Shown here piece by piece: positions 63,964 to 64,000 of a stretch of 64,000 nt of DNA. Within the stretch, counting starts at the first letter, position 1. Every line of letters begins with the position of its first letter. The notes beneath the pieces are model-generated. The model did not search any database. It was not told the DNA's origin and saw only the letters and a list, made by a program, of their open reading frames with translations. Position numbers and translations under genes: made by a program. This stretch comes from Octopus sinensis (Eukaryota): contig NC_042998.1 in NCBI RefSeq assembly GCF_006345805.1, positions 102,610,001 through 102,674,000 of the forward strand. Reading direction: 5' to 3'.

Positions 63964-64000
63964 TGGAACAAAAACGCAAAAGAGGACGTTAAAACGTTCG

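Overview
AT-rich (~30-35% GC) eukaryotic DNA packed with microsatellites and almost entirely repeat-derived. The SINE families and the (TA)n/(GATA)n/(TAA)n density point to an octopus (coleoid cephalopod) genome; this is inferred by eye. No host gene can be named; there is one weak pair of candidate exons near 23.0-23.5 kb. The dominant signal is a set of Penelope-like elements (PLEs) and non-coding relatives that carry type I hammerhead ribozymes (HHRs) and mostly sit in (TA)n tracts, usually with an inverted copy of their own 3' end at the 5' side. They comprise three Hydra-type PLEs (RT motif GLYRDD, C-terminal GIY-YIG), one Neptune-type PLE with 1.2-kb inverted ends, two ~460-480-bp non-coding HHR units resembling retrozymes, and several minimal derivatives. 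The most striking item is the uninterrupted PLE at 49786-53210 (-). Its ORF has no start codon at the 5' end, but ATG-TTT-TAT lies at its extreme 3' end, 62 nt downstream of the HHR cleavage site. Joining the two ends gives M-F-Y-S-L-K-D-I-P, which suggests a circularly permuted insertion opened at a TA inside codon 3. Also present: an R4/Dong-like nest in (TAA)n bounded by an 11-bp direct repeat, CR1-like and Tx1-like LINE fragments, mariner and maT-like transposons, Helitron remnants, many tRNA-derived SINEs and a 229-bp tandem array. Many indels fall in homopolymers and may be sequencing errors. All alignments and RNA structures were read manually.
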